From a virus, in the IMG/VR virus record IMGVR_UViG_3300047478_000138, positions 16,770-80,769 of that record: a stretch of DNA of 64,000 nt; one strand, given 5' to 3'. The notes under the pieces are model-generated. The model was not told the DNA's origin. It made no database searches and saw only the letters and a program-made list of their open reading frames with translations. Positions 56,372-64,000 of the stretch are shown one piece after another. A program made the position numbers and the translations under genes. How positions within the stretch are numbered: the first letter of the stretch is position 1; each line of letters begins with the position of its first letter.

Positions 56372-57240
56372 TGAAACTGTTACAAGACTTAGGCTTATTA
56401 GAATATGGCAGTAAAGGTAAGAGAATGACTTATGGTATTTATGAGTGTCCTATATGTTATAAGGGATTTAAATGTGCTACATCCCGTATTAAAAAAGGAG
56501 TTATTGCACAATGCAGAACTTGTGCAGATAATTCAAAAATACAAAAATCAAGAAAAGAGTTTAGTATAAAAGCTAGTAAAATACACAATAATAAATATGA
56601 TTATTCATTAGTTAATTATACAGATGCTAGTACTAAAGTACAAATAGTATGTGGTATTCATGGAGTGTTTGAACAAACTCCACACAATCATTTAAAAGGT
56701 ACCACTTGTCCGGAATGTGCTAAAGAGCAAACTTCATTAATTTTATCTTTACAAGCAAAAATTGAATTTAATGAAAGAGCTACAATTATTCATAATGGAT
56801 TGTATGATTATAGTTTAGTAGAGTATGTTAATAATTGGACAAAAGTTAAAATAACTTGTCCGATTCATGGAACATTTCATCAAAGACCTACTAATCATTT
56901 ACAAGGTTGTGGTTGTCCAAGTTGTGCCGTTACTGGATTTGATATTAATAAACCAGCATATCTGTATTACTTAAAAATAACAACTGATGCAAATCAAGTT
57001 TTGTATAAAATTGGTATAACAAATAGAACTGTTGAAGCAAGGTTTAACTTAAATGATTTAAGTAAGATTGAAATAGTTAAACAGAAATTATATGATATAG
57101 GTCAAGATGCTTATGATTGGGAACAGAAATTACTCAAGATGTATAAGCAATATCAATACAAAGGCCCAGATATATTAAGTTCTGGTAATACTGAGCTATT
57201 TACTAAAGATGTAATTGCTATATATTATGCGGATAATTAA
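56371..57240 (+). CDS. Free-standing homing endonuclease (zinc-finger repeats plus GIY-YIG-like domain)
   Basis: Two YDYSLV.Y...C.IHG.F.Q.P.NHL.G..CP.C repeats; YLYYLKI...YKIGIT...R...WEQ...TELF. Confidence 0.82.
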   Translation: MKLLQDLGLLEYGSKGKRMTYGIYECPICYKGFKCATSRIKKGVIAQCRTCADNSKIQKSRKEFSIKASKIHNNKYDYSLVNYTDASTKVQIVCGIHGVFEQTPHNHLKGTTCPECAKEQTSLILSLQAKIEFNERATIIHNGLYDYSLVEYVNNWTKVKITCPIHGTFHQRPTNHLQGCGCPSCAVTGFDINKPAYLYYLKITTDANQVLYKIGITNRTVEARFNLNDLSKIEIVKQKLYDIGQDAYDWEQKLLKMYKQYQYKGPDILSSGNTELFTKDVIAIYYADN

Positions 57241-57298
57241 TTATAAAATGATTGTGATTTCTTTAGAGTTCATGTATTTCCTTTAATGTTGTTGAGAG

Positions 57299-57568
57299 TT
57301 ATTTAGTGCAAAATTTATTGCAGTAGACTATAGTTACTTCAGATTGTCTGTCAGATCGTGTGTAACATGTGTATTTGCCCCAGATATCATTTCCAGATGA
57401 AACATTTCGGAATTCCTTAAGATTCAATGTTTCTTTGAATATGATTCCGGTTGTTGCGGTTGCAGAACTAGTTTGTACATATTTACCAGCATAAATATAC
57501 TGAACGAATAAGTAAAGAAATCCTATTGCTACTGCTAATAAGCCAATGATAATTGAAAAGAATTTCAT
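57299..57568 (-). CDS. Membrane-anchored hypothetical protein
   Basis: N-terminal TM helix; AAGGA RBS. Confidence 0.55.
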   Translation of the reverse strand: MKFFSIIIGLLAVAIGFLYLFVQYIYAGKYVQTSSATATTGIIFKETLNLKEFRNVSSGNDIWGKYTCYTRSDRQSEVTIVYCNKFCTK

Positions 57569-57796
57569 TATTTATCCTTTTTCATAAATTTAAGAGTTGC
57601 CCATACGATTGTAGTTGCGGCGAGTGCTAGAATTATTCCGATGATATATGCCATTTGATTTCCTTGTGAAGTTTAATAATTAAAATAAATGAGGTCATAA
57701 GACTCCAAAGAACATACAGCAGAACTAGGATGAAATATTTGTATAGTACTCTCTACTATACACAAAGTTCGTTTGTATGCTCATTGGAATGTTATA

Positions 57797-57881
57797 TGGT
57801 GTCGAGGGTTGGCTTTCTGACCAACTAATTACAAGCAGACGCGTTCTGACAATGTATATTTTGAAGTGAACTTCCCAAGAC
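57797..57881 (-). pseudogene. Degenerate tRNA-like element
   Basis: Ends GTTGG-loop-CCAAC-CCTCGACA-CCA; acceptor pairing imperfect, no clear anticodon arm. Confidence 0.3.
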
Positions 57882-57890
57882 ATATTAATT

Positions 57891-58016
57891 TGATGATGGA
57901 CTCAGGATTTGAACCTGAACACTTACCATATTCGGAGTAATTAATTCCTAGTAGGAGTCGAACCTACAGAACCCGTATTTTTATACAGGAGCGTTTACCT
58001 TTTTCGCCAGACCATC
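57891..58016 (-). tRNA. Aberrant tRNA-like element with two T-arms (anticodon not assignable)
   Basis: Acceptor GATGGTC/GTCCATC, D-arm TGGCG..GGTAAACGC, T-arms GTAGG-TTCGACT-CCTAC and TCAGG-TTCAAAT-CCTGA; ends TCA. Confidence 0.45.
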
Positions 58017-58088
58017 GTATGTTATATAGTAGCCCTAGGACTTACACCTAGGGATTTGATACCAATTCATATGTTATTATAATTAAAA

Positions 58089-58463
58089 ATGCATCTATTC
58101 AGAATAATTATAAAGGTTGGACACTGGAGTGTCTTTTACCAGGTAACCCATGGTTGATTCCACCACTACTATTTAACTTGGAAAGGTAAACTAAAACCTC
58201 TTACAAGTAACATCAAAAGTTAAACTACAGATTAAGCACTGTAGTACTGCTACGTATTCAAAGCGTACGAATACTAACGATAGTTTTAACGACCTTCTAC
58301 TATACGTGTATAAACGGAGTATCTTTTGCTACTCATACAATTGCGAGAGCTCATCCTCGGCTGTACTGGTCTTACATGAAGGAAAACATGACTAAACACT
58401 CAATGCCAGTTAACCTAAAGCTGGTCTAGTAAATCTGAAAAATTATATCTGTAGTGATTGCAT
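58089..58463 (-). ncRNA. Candidate large structured non-coding RNA
   Basis: ORF-free; complementary ends and roughly ten local hairpins; strand inferred from context. Confidence 0.4.
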
Positions 58464-58465
58464 GA

Positions 58466-58927
58466 TTAAATATACTTGCCAAGCATGAGTCCGAGTTCAC
58501 GCGCAATGTTACTAAGTACTTGTTCTTCTGCATCAGATATAGGAGATTTATCCCCTTTCTTTTTGGATGCATTTGCTACTTCAATTGCAGATATAAGTAC
58601 TCTAGGTGAGTTTTCTGTATCTCCAGCGATTGCTGATACTTTCTTCATGAGGTCGATTTTAGCCATCATGTATGATGCTTCCATTTGATCACAATAGTTG
58701 TCAAATAGACGTACTGGTTCGTTATGGAATTCACGTAATTGTGGACTAGATTTGATGAGTTTGTTGACTTGGTCAACTTCCTCGTTCTGGCATGTACCAT
58801 CTGCATATGCAACTAATACTGCTGAAGCAATTATGGCTTCCATTACTGTTTCTTTATCAGCTGATAATGCTGAACCTGCGATACTTGATGCCGTGCCTTT
58901 AAGGCGTTTCATGATGTTTCCAAACAT
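58466..58927 (-). CDS. terB: TerB-family tellurite-resistance protein
   Basis: EAIIASAVLVAYADG...EE...ISDAEEQVLSNIARELGL. Confidence 0.85.
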   Translation of the reverse strand: MFGNIMKRLKGTASSIAGSALSADKETVMEAIIASAVLVAYADGTCQNEEVDQVNKLIKSSPQLREFHNEPVRLFDNYCDQMEASYMMAKIDLMKKVSAIAGDTENSPRVLISAIEVANASKKKGDKSPISDAEEQVLSNIARELGLMLGKYI

Positions 58928-58930
58928 TGG

Positions 58931-59437
58931 TTATTTCCTTCTATATGAAGCTTTAGAGCTTGATGATGAGCGACTTGATGACGCACTAGATGAACGGTAA
59001 CTAGCTTTAGCTGGTTCAGGTTTGTATGTAGACGATGTTGATTGAGTACGATAGCTTGCCTTTACAGGCTCAGGTGTATTGGTTGCTACACTTGACTTAG
59101 TCGGAGTTGGTTGACTTGAACTAGAATAGCTAGTTGAGTTTCTAGGATTGCTAGTTGTGGTGCTATAGTTATAATTGCTACCAGAGTTACTATTGGAGCC
59201 GTTGATGGCGTTGCCTACTACGTTACCAATAACTGAACCAATTGCAGCTCCTGCTACAGTTTCTCCGAAGTTAGAGTCAGATTCATTGCTATGGTTCTGT
59301 GAAGGCTGTTGTACTGATTGCTGTGTAGTTGATGGTTGTTGATACTGTTGTGCGGAATTAGCTTGTTGCTCATCTGAAGTGTCTCCACATCCAGTGAATA
59401 GCAGGACTGCTAGTAAGATTAATGTAATATATTTCAT
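58931..59437 (-). CDS. Lipoprotein with glycine zipper and Ser-rich tail
   Basis: Lipobox LFTGC; GAAIGSVIGNVVG; repeated PEPxKASYR. Confidence 0.7.
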   Translation of the reverse strand: MKYITLILLAVLLFTGCGDTSDEQQANSAQQYQQPSTTQQSVQQPSQNHSNESDSNFGETVAGAAIGSVIGNVVGNAINGSNSNSGSNYNYSTTTSNPRNSTSYSSSSQPTPTKSSVATNTPEPVKASYRTQSTSSTYKPEPAKASYRSSSASSSRSSSSSKASYRRK

Positions 59438-59446
59438 GTATATCCT

Positions 59447-59905
59447 TTAGTCTGAGCTACAGCTAGATGAACTAGAGCTTGAGTCACAAAAGGATGAATG
59501 TGAACTGCTATATGAGTCATAAGAACTAGAGGGTGATGAATATATATCATAATGAGAACTACTGCTAGCTGCAGACGCAATTTCATTAGAACTAGGGTCA
59601 ACTGTTGTTTCGATAGGTTGATCAGATTCTTCTGGCACATATAATGCTGTAGATAAAATTGCTAATGGTAATACATTATCTGAACCAGTATTAGAATAAT
59701 GATTAATATAGGGCTCTTTTTCAGTTGAATTAAACTTAGATGGCTTTGTAGATATAGTACTTTCAGTTAGTGGTTTAGACTTACCTAATAAAATATCTTT
59801 AAGACGTAATTGTTCTTTCAAATTGACAACTTGTTCTTTGTATTTGTTACATAGAACTTGTTGTTCCTTTAAGATTTTTTCGTGAGTTGTTATTAACATA
59901 AACAT
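59447..59905 (-). CDS. Hypothetical protein with Ser/Asp-rich tail
   Basis: Likely start MFML (AAGGA upstream); coiled coil; ends SSSSSSCSSD. Confidence 0.6.
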   Translation of the reverse strand: MFMLITTHEKILKEQQVLCNKYKEQVVNLKEQLRLKDILLGKSKPLTESTISTKPSKFNSTEKEPYINHYSNTGSDNVLPLAILSTALYVPEESDQPIETTVDPSSNEIASAASSSSHYDIYSSPSSSYDSYSSSHSSFCDSSSSSSSCSSD

Positions 59906-59918
59906 GTCAGTTATTCCT

Positions 59919-60383
59919 TTATAGTTCACTATCAAGTGAAAATTCACCTTCGTTTAGCATACGACATATTTCAGCAGCACACTCTTTTGTCATATACACT
60001 CGTTCAGGGTAGTATGTACTTGTACCCGAGCACCTCCATTCTAACTTCTCACAGTACACGTAGTAATTAGCTGAGTCTGCTACAAATTCAGTTAATCCAT
60101 TTAACTGCTCTGCTAACGCCTCTAACCTATTAGCACGTTTATTGCGTGCTAATGACTGTTCTGCTGCTTGTTGAGATTTACGGTATCTACCATGTTCAAT
60201 ATAGTAATCATATATACCACAAGTTCTTATACTCTCTGAATCAATCATAATACAACTACCATCTTCGTCTAGTTCATATTTCCATTCAAATTTAGATTTA
60301 GCTTGTTTAACTGCTAATGCTTCTTGTTCTGGAGTTAGTTGTATTTCTACATCTACTCCATTAATGTTGATTGTTACTGTCAT
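59919..60383 (-). CDS. Hypothetical protein
   Basis: ORF with AAGGA RBS. Confidence 0.6.
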   Translation of the reverse strand: MTVTININGVDVEIQLTPEQEALAVKQAKSKFEWKYELDEDGSCIMIDSESIRTCGIYDYYIEHGRYRKSQQAAEQSLARNKRANRLEALAEQLNGLTEFVADSANYYVYCEKLEWRCSGTSTYYPERVYMTKECAAEICRMLNEGEFSLDSEL

Positions 60384-60384
60384 A

Positions 60385-61257
60385 TTAGTCCTTTATATCT
60401 TTACAGATAAGCTTGAGGTATTTACTAGGAGTTGCTAATTTCATTTGTTTAGCAAGTTCTCTGATTAGAAAATATGCAGCTCCTGAGTCTCTAAGTTCAA
60501 AAAAGTTCTTTAGACTGCGTAAATTCATGGTCATAACTAAATCTGTGTACCAATTATCTGTGACGAGATGCTTAAATGGGTCACCCACATTACGCTTAGG
60601 TTTAGACGATTCCAGTACTTTAAACATTGTCTCTGATGTTAACTGTTTCATAGCTCCATTAGTTCGTGCATCTTTTGATAAGACTAATTCCATGAATTGT
60701 TCATAACCTAGTACTTGTAGTTGATTATTTAACTTGGAGAATATATACTCACATTCATGAATGAACCATACAGATTCTTTTGGAAATACAGAAAAGTTAG
60801 GCACTAATTCACGAAATATCAAACGTTCTTGTGGTTTATTATAACTAGCAATAAATGCATTAAGAATAGATTGCATAGTGTATCTAGTGGAACGAACTGT
60901 GTATGATGCAATACGATGGCGTACTAATTCCTGAAGTACTCCGCGAGAAATACCTTTTATAAGATATGTAAGGTTACAGTGTTCTAGTACTGAGTGATGA
61001 TGATGTACCCAAGCTAGTGATGTCAGTAATTCTGATGATTCTATGTTGTTGAGTGCTGATATGCACATAGGAACTTCTACTTCTTGACTACTGTTACAAT
61101 CAATATGAAAGTTTAAATCAGTTATGCATAAATTTTCACTTTTGTTAAAGCTATCGTAGGCAGTCCTACCAGCAAACTCCGATGTGCCAAGTCCACTCTC
61201 TTGAAGTAGATAAACTTGTGGTAATGTGTATTCAATTCCTGCGTTAGTTGTTGTCAT
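60385..61257 (-). CDS. thyX: Flavin-dependent thymidylate synthase
   Basis: HHSVLEH, GISRGVLQELVRHRIASYTVRSTRY, NLRSLKNFFELR. Confidence 0.93.
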   Translation of the reverse strand: MTTTNAGIEYTLPQVYLLQESGLGTSEFAGRTAYDSFNKSENLCITDLNFHIDCNSSQEVEVPMCISALNNIESSELLTSLAWVHHHHSVLEHCNLTYLIKGISRGVLQELVRHRIASYTVRSTRYTMQSILNAFIASYNKPQERLIFRELVPNFSVFPKESVWFIHECEYIFSKLNNQLQVLGYEQFMELVLSKDARTNGAMKQLTSETMFKVLESSKPKRNVGDPFKHLVTDNWYTDLVMTMNLRSLKNFFELRDSGAAYFLIRELAKQMKLATPSKYLKLICKDIKD

Positions 61258-61348
61258 AGGTAATCCTTATTTGTTTTCATTATTTACCTTTTGTGCACAC
61301 ATATTTCATGTTTGGGTGCCTATTTTAAATCTATGCATTCTATTTCCT

Positions 61349-61723
61349 TTAATCTAGATTTGTTGTTCTAGCCTCTCTACCTAAAAAATCTTTAAATATG
61401 AGTTTTGCGATTCTTAATGCTTCTATCTTAAGTTCTGTTTTTTCTTTCATATATGCTTGTAAAACTTCAACCTCATCAGTTGATGGGCAACTAGAATATA
61501 TATTGATAGTTATATCAAATTTATATCCGTCAAGAAATTTTATTTCTGCGCCACCTTTCATTAGAAAGACAAAAGGATTATGATTATATACTGTTCCAAT
61601 GTTAGAGCTAAATCTTTTAGTTCTAGCAATTATTTCTTTATCTAAATCATATGTTTTATAGATAAGTTCACTTTTATACTCTCGCAGTTGTTTAATAGTC
61701 ATGTTTGTTGTATATGTTGTCAT
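61349..61723 (-). CDS. Hypothetical protein
   Basis: ATGA-coupled ORF. Confidence 0.55.
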   Translation of the reverse strand: MTTYTTNMTIKQLREYKSELIYKTYDLDKEIIARTKRFSSNIGTVYNHNPFVFLMKGGAEIKFLDGYKFDITINIYSSCPSTDEVEVLQAYMKEKTELKIEALRIAKLIFKDFLGREARTTNLD

Positions 61724-61944
61724 AAATAGTCCTTAAGCGAGCCATAATATCCGTAGTCCCACATTTGTTTGTGTAGTTTGTCGTAGTCTGATTTCAATTG
61801 ATCAAAGTTACTATGCTCAAAGAAATAGTCTATGTCTGTTCTCATATTATGTTCATGTAAAGCATCTTGTAACATTTCTTGATGGATAGCATTTTTTTCG
61901 TCTTGTAATAACATAGCGTCAATTATTTGTTTATCTGTTTTCAT
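61720..61944 (-). CDS. Hypothetical protein
   Basis: ATGA-coupled ORF. Confidence 0.55.
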   Translation of the reverse strand: MKTDKQIIDAMLLQDEKNAIHQEMLQDALHEHNMRTDIDYFFEHSNFDQLKSDYDKLHKQMWDYGYYGSLKDYL

Positions 61945-62294
61945 TGTTTATCTTTTAGAAATGTTGGAAGTATTCCAATAAATGGCTCACAATTAGATTG
62001 TAAATATTCATAAGAGGCTTCATTATTATCTCCTACAGAGGTAATATATTGGCAATATTCAATACTTGAAATATCAGTGATTTTAATAAGTTTACCGTAT
62101 AACCAACACCATTCGTTAGGTTTAGGAGCCCAAAGTTCTAATTCGAGTGTGCTTGGAGTGATTTTATCTTCTCCTGATACTATGTATGGTACATTAGCTG
62201 ATGAAAATCCTGCAACTCTACCTAATAGTTGTTTTGTAGTTGAAAATCTAATCCAGGCACCAACTTTAAATGTAGGTTCTTCTAATGTTTGCAC
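61941..62294 (-). CDS. Hypothetical protein (paralog of 45225-45881)
   Basis: EEPTFKVGAW...LWAPKPNEWC. Confidence 0.6.
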   Translation of the reverse strand: MQTLEEPTFKVGAWIRFSTTKQLLGRVAGFSSANVPYIVSGEDKITPSTLELELWAPKPNEWCWLYGKLIKITDISSIEYCQYITSVGDNNEASYEYLQSNCEPFIGILPTFLKDKQ

Positions 62295-62662
62295 TCTGTT
62301 TCCTTATTATCTAAAATCCATTGAGCAGATTTAAATATTGCTTCTGGCTCTGTGCTAGCCTTTTCACATCTAGCACCAAGTTCTCCACCTTCAAATTTCC
62401 ATACTCTTGATTCCCACCAATCTGTTTGGTTTGCACATCTATGTAAACTATTAACATGATATCCATTTTCATAAGCCCACTCTTTACACTTATGGGCTAG
62501 TTCATGTATATTTATAGTCAAATATGCTGACGCATTGTATGTTACTGGGTACTGAAAATCCCGTTCATATATACTAACATTGTTTGAATACTCCTCTTTA
62601 ATTATTTTTGCAACATCAATCCCCAGTACTTCGCTTAATAACTCTCTACTTATGATACTCAT
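62282..62662 (-). CDS. Hypothetical protein
   Basis: INIHELAHKCKEWA...TEPEAIFK..QWIL. Confidence 0.6.
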   Translation of the reverse strand: MSIISRELLSEVLGIDVAKIIKEEYSNNVSIYERDFQYPVTYNASAYLTINIHELAHKCKEWAYENGYHVNSLHRCANQTDWWESRVWKFEGGELGARCEKASTEPEAIFKSAQWILDNKETECKH

Positions 62663-62801
62663 TTTTCAATCCTCTAATTTAGTTTGCACGGCTAGCATCC
62701 AAGGTTCTATGTGTTCTACTTTAGCGTAGTTAGTATACATACAACCATTACGTGTACCTTTTGTGCTAAATGTGCAGATGTGTTGCTTCCTTTGGCATTT
62801 A

Positions 62802-63287
62802 TTAATCCTCACAAGCATCTATCATATCTCTTGCCCATTGTGGTAAATTGCCAATAGGTGTTGTACAGAGTTGGTAGTTGTCAAATTGATACCCGTCTTT
62901 AGAGCCACTAAGACCATAGGTATGCTTAAGTGTACCATTAATCACTCTAATTCTTTTTTCAGCAGTAACCGTATTGTCCCAGCACAAAGCTAACTGTTTA
63001 TCCATCTCTGACGTAATATCTTCGCTATGTATAATCTCATCAGAGAAAGTTAACCCCATTTCTAATGGTTTGAAGTTATCAAATGTTGTAACTATGTGTG
63101 AATTGGTGTACATTCTAAAAGTTCCATCACCATTGGAATAATGCATAGTTTTACCTTTGGTATCATTATCATCCCACACCTCACAGATAGTACCATCTTG
63201 TGGGCATTTTTGTTTGTTTTCTATTTGTAGCTTAATACTATCTAGTAAAGATTGAGCCTCAGCTAATTGTTCTTCTAATGTTTTCAT
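62802..63287 (-). CDS. Hypothetical protein
   Basis: Internal repeat (VWDD / CWDN ... FDN). Confidence 0.6.
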   Translation of the reverse strand: MKTLEEQLAEAQSLLDSIKLQIENKQKCPQDGTICEVWDDNDTKGKTMHYSNGDGTFRMYTNSHIVTTFDNFKPLEMGLTFSDEIIHSEDITSEMDKQLALCWDNTVTAEKRIRVINGTLKHTYGLSGSKDGYQFDNYQLCTTPIGNLPQWARDMIDACED

Positions 63288-63514
63288 TTTCTATCCTTTT
63301 CAATCAAACAGAATCTCTCCGCTTTGCTACAAGGCACTATCTTGTACCGCCTATCCATTCTTTTGTTGTTGTAGTAGTAAGTCTTTGTACCATCTTTAGC
63401 AGTGGCTTCTACTACATCTGTAAGCGACATACATTCGTCAACATATACACGCTTGTAGCGTATTGTTGACGACATAGCTATTGAAGCTATAAGTAAGAAT
63501 ATGAGTGATTTCAT
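63284..63514 (-). CDS. Small secreted protein
   Basis: Signal peptide MKSLIFLLIASIAMS; ATGA coupling. Confidence 0.55.
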   Translation of the reverse strand: MKSLIFLLIASIAMSSTIRYKRVYVDECMSLTDVVEATAKDGTKTYYYNNKRMDRRYKIVPCSKAERFCLIEKDRK

Positions 63515-63861
63515 TTTTGCTCCCATTTATTGCATCCAAAGTCTGCTGATATTTCGTATTCTAGCATTAATGAATTTATATTTTTACATACATCATTTTC
63601 AAATTCTCCATTGAATTCACGATGATTGCAATTTTCACAAGTTCTACTTTTACAAGTTCTACTCTCTAAGTCACTTTGAGTAGCTCTATCTTTCCATCCT
63701 CTTTTGTATTCCGCTTCAAGTTCTAGTTTGAAATCATCATAGATTTTGCGTATAAGTTTATCGTGTAATATCCTTATTGTTCTATGTTCTTCCCATTGAA
63801 TACCTTTGAAGCTTTTCACGTTCTCTTTCCACATAAACTCTATTGCTTCTTCTTGTTTCAT
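63511..63861 (-). CDS. Hypothetical Cys-rich protein (paralog of 37100-37330)
   Basis: IYDDF...SRTCENCNH...FGCNKWE; 15-nt tandem duplication. Confidence 0.6.
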   Translation of the reverse strand: MKQEEAIEFMWKENVKSFKGIQWEEHRTIRILHDKLIRKIYDDFKLELEAEYKRGWKDRATQSDLESRTCKSRTCENCNHREFNGEFENDVCKNINSLMLEYEISADFGCNKWEQK

Positions 63862-64000
63862 TTCCGTTTCCTTCTTTAATCTTTTTTGGTAGATTTATAC
63901 AACCTTTTAGCTCATATATATCTATAGTTCCATCACAGCAATATTGCAAGAATTCTACACCATTGCAATCAATTCCTACTGATGCTTCTTTCCCACAACT

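Noticed and set aside
1-64000. N4-type hairpin vRNAP promoters, integrase, terminal repeats
   Set aside because: None recognised; they may lie outside this window

Overview
A 64-kb internal segment of an AT-rich lytic dsDNA phage with N4-like (Schitoviridae-type) architecture. The left 17 kb (+ strand) is a virion/ejection module. It ends in a virion RNA polymerase split into three genes (2497, 408 and 1356 aa) carrying a lysozyme-like domain, T7/N4-type RNAP motifs and two HExxH zincin domains. It converges on a long minus-strand early/middle region encoding class Ia and class III RNRs (NrdD with its glycyl-radical domain as a separate 54-aa gene), ThyX, NTP pyrophosphatases, HU, DNA ligase, a UvrD-like helicase, SSB, a Sak4-like ATPase, primase/helicase, family A DNA polymerase, Cas4-like and VRR-NUC nucleases, an SF2 helicase, a MoxR/vWA pair, TerB and many small hypotheticals. 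Two group I introns (in nrdB and the UvrD-like helicase) and four homing endonucleases are present. Promoter form (TTAAG-N11-TATAAT), ThyX and the split NrdD suggest a Campylobacterota host (inference). The most striking observation is that about 5,500 residues of ejection proteins are cysteine-free except for four Cys placed exactly at the junctions of the three vRNAP pieces (…CK-stop / M-x-C…), suggesting a head-to-tail disulfide-linked chain. Other notable signals are a ~16-kb TTTT-free stretch on the + strand, several structured intergenic RNAs and aberrant tRNA-like elements. All calls come from motif reading by eye; no searches were run.
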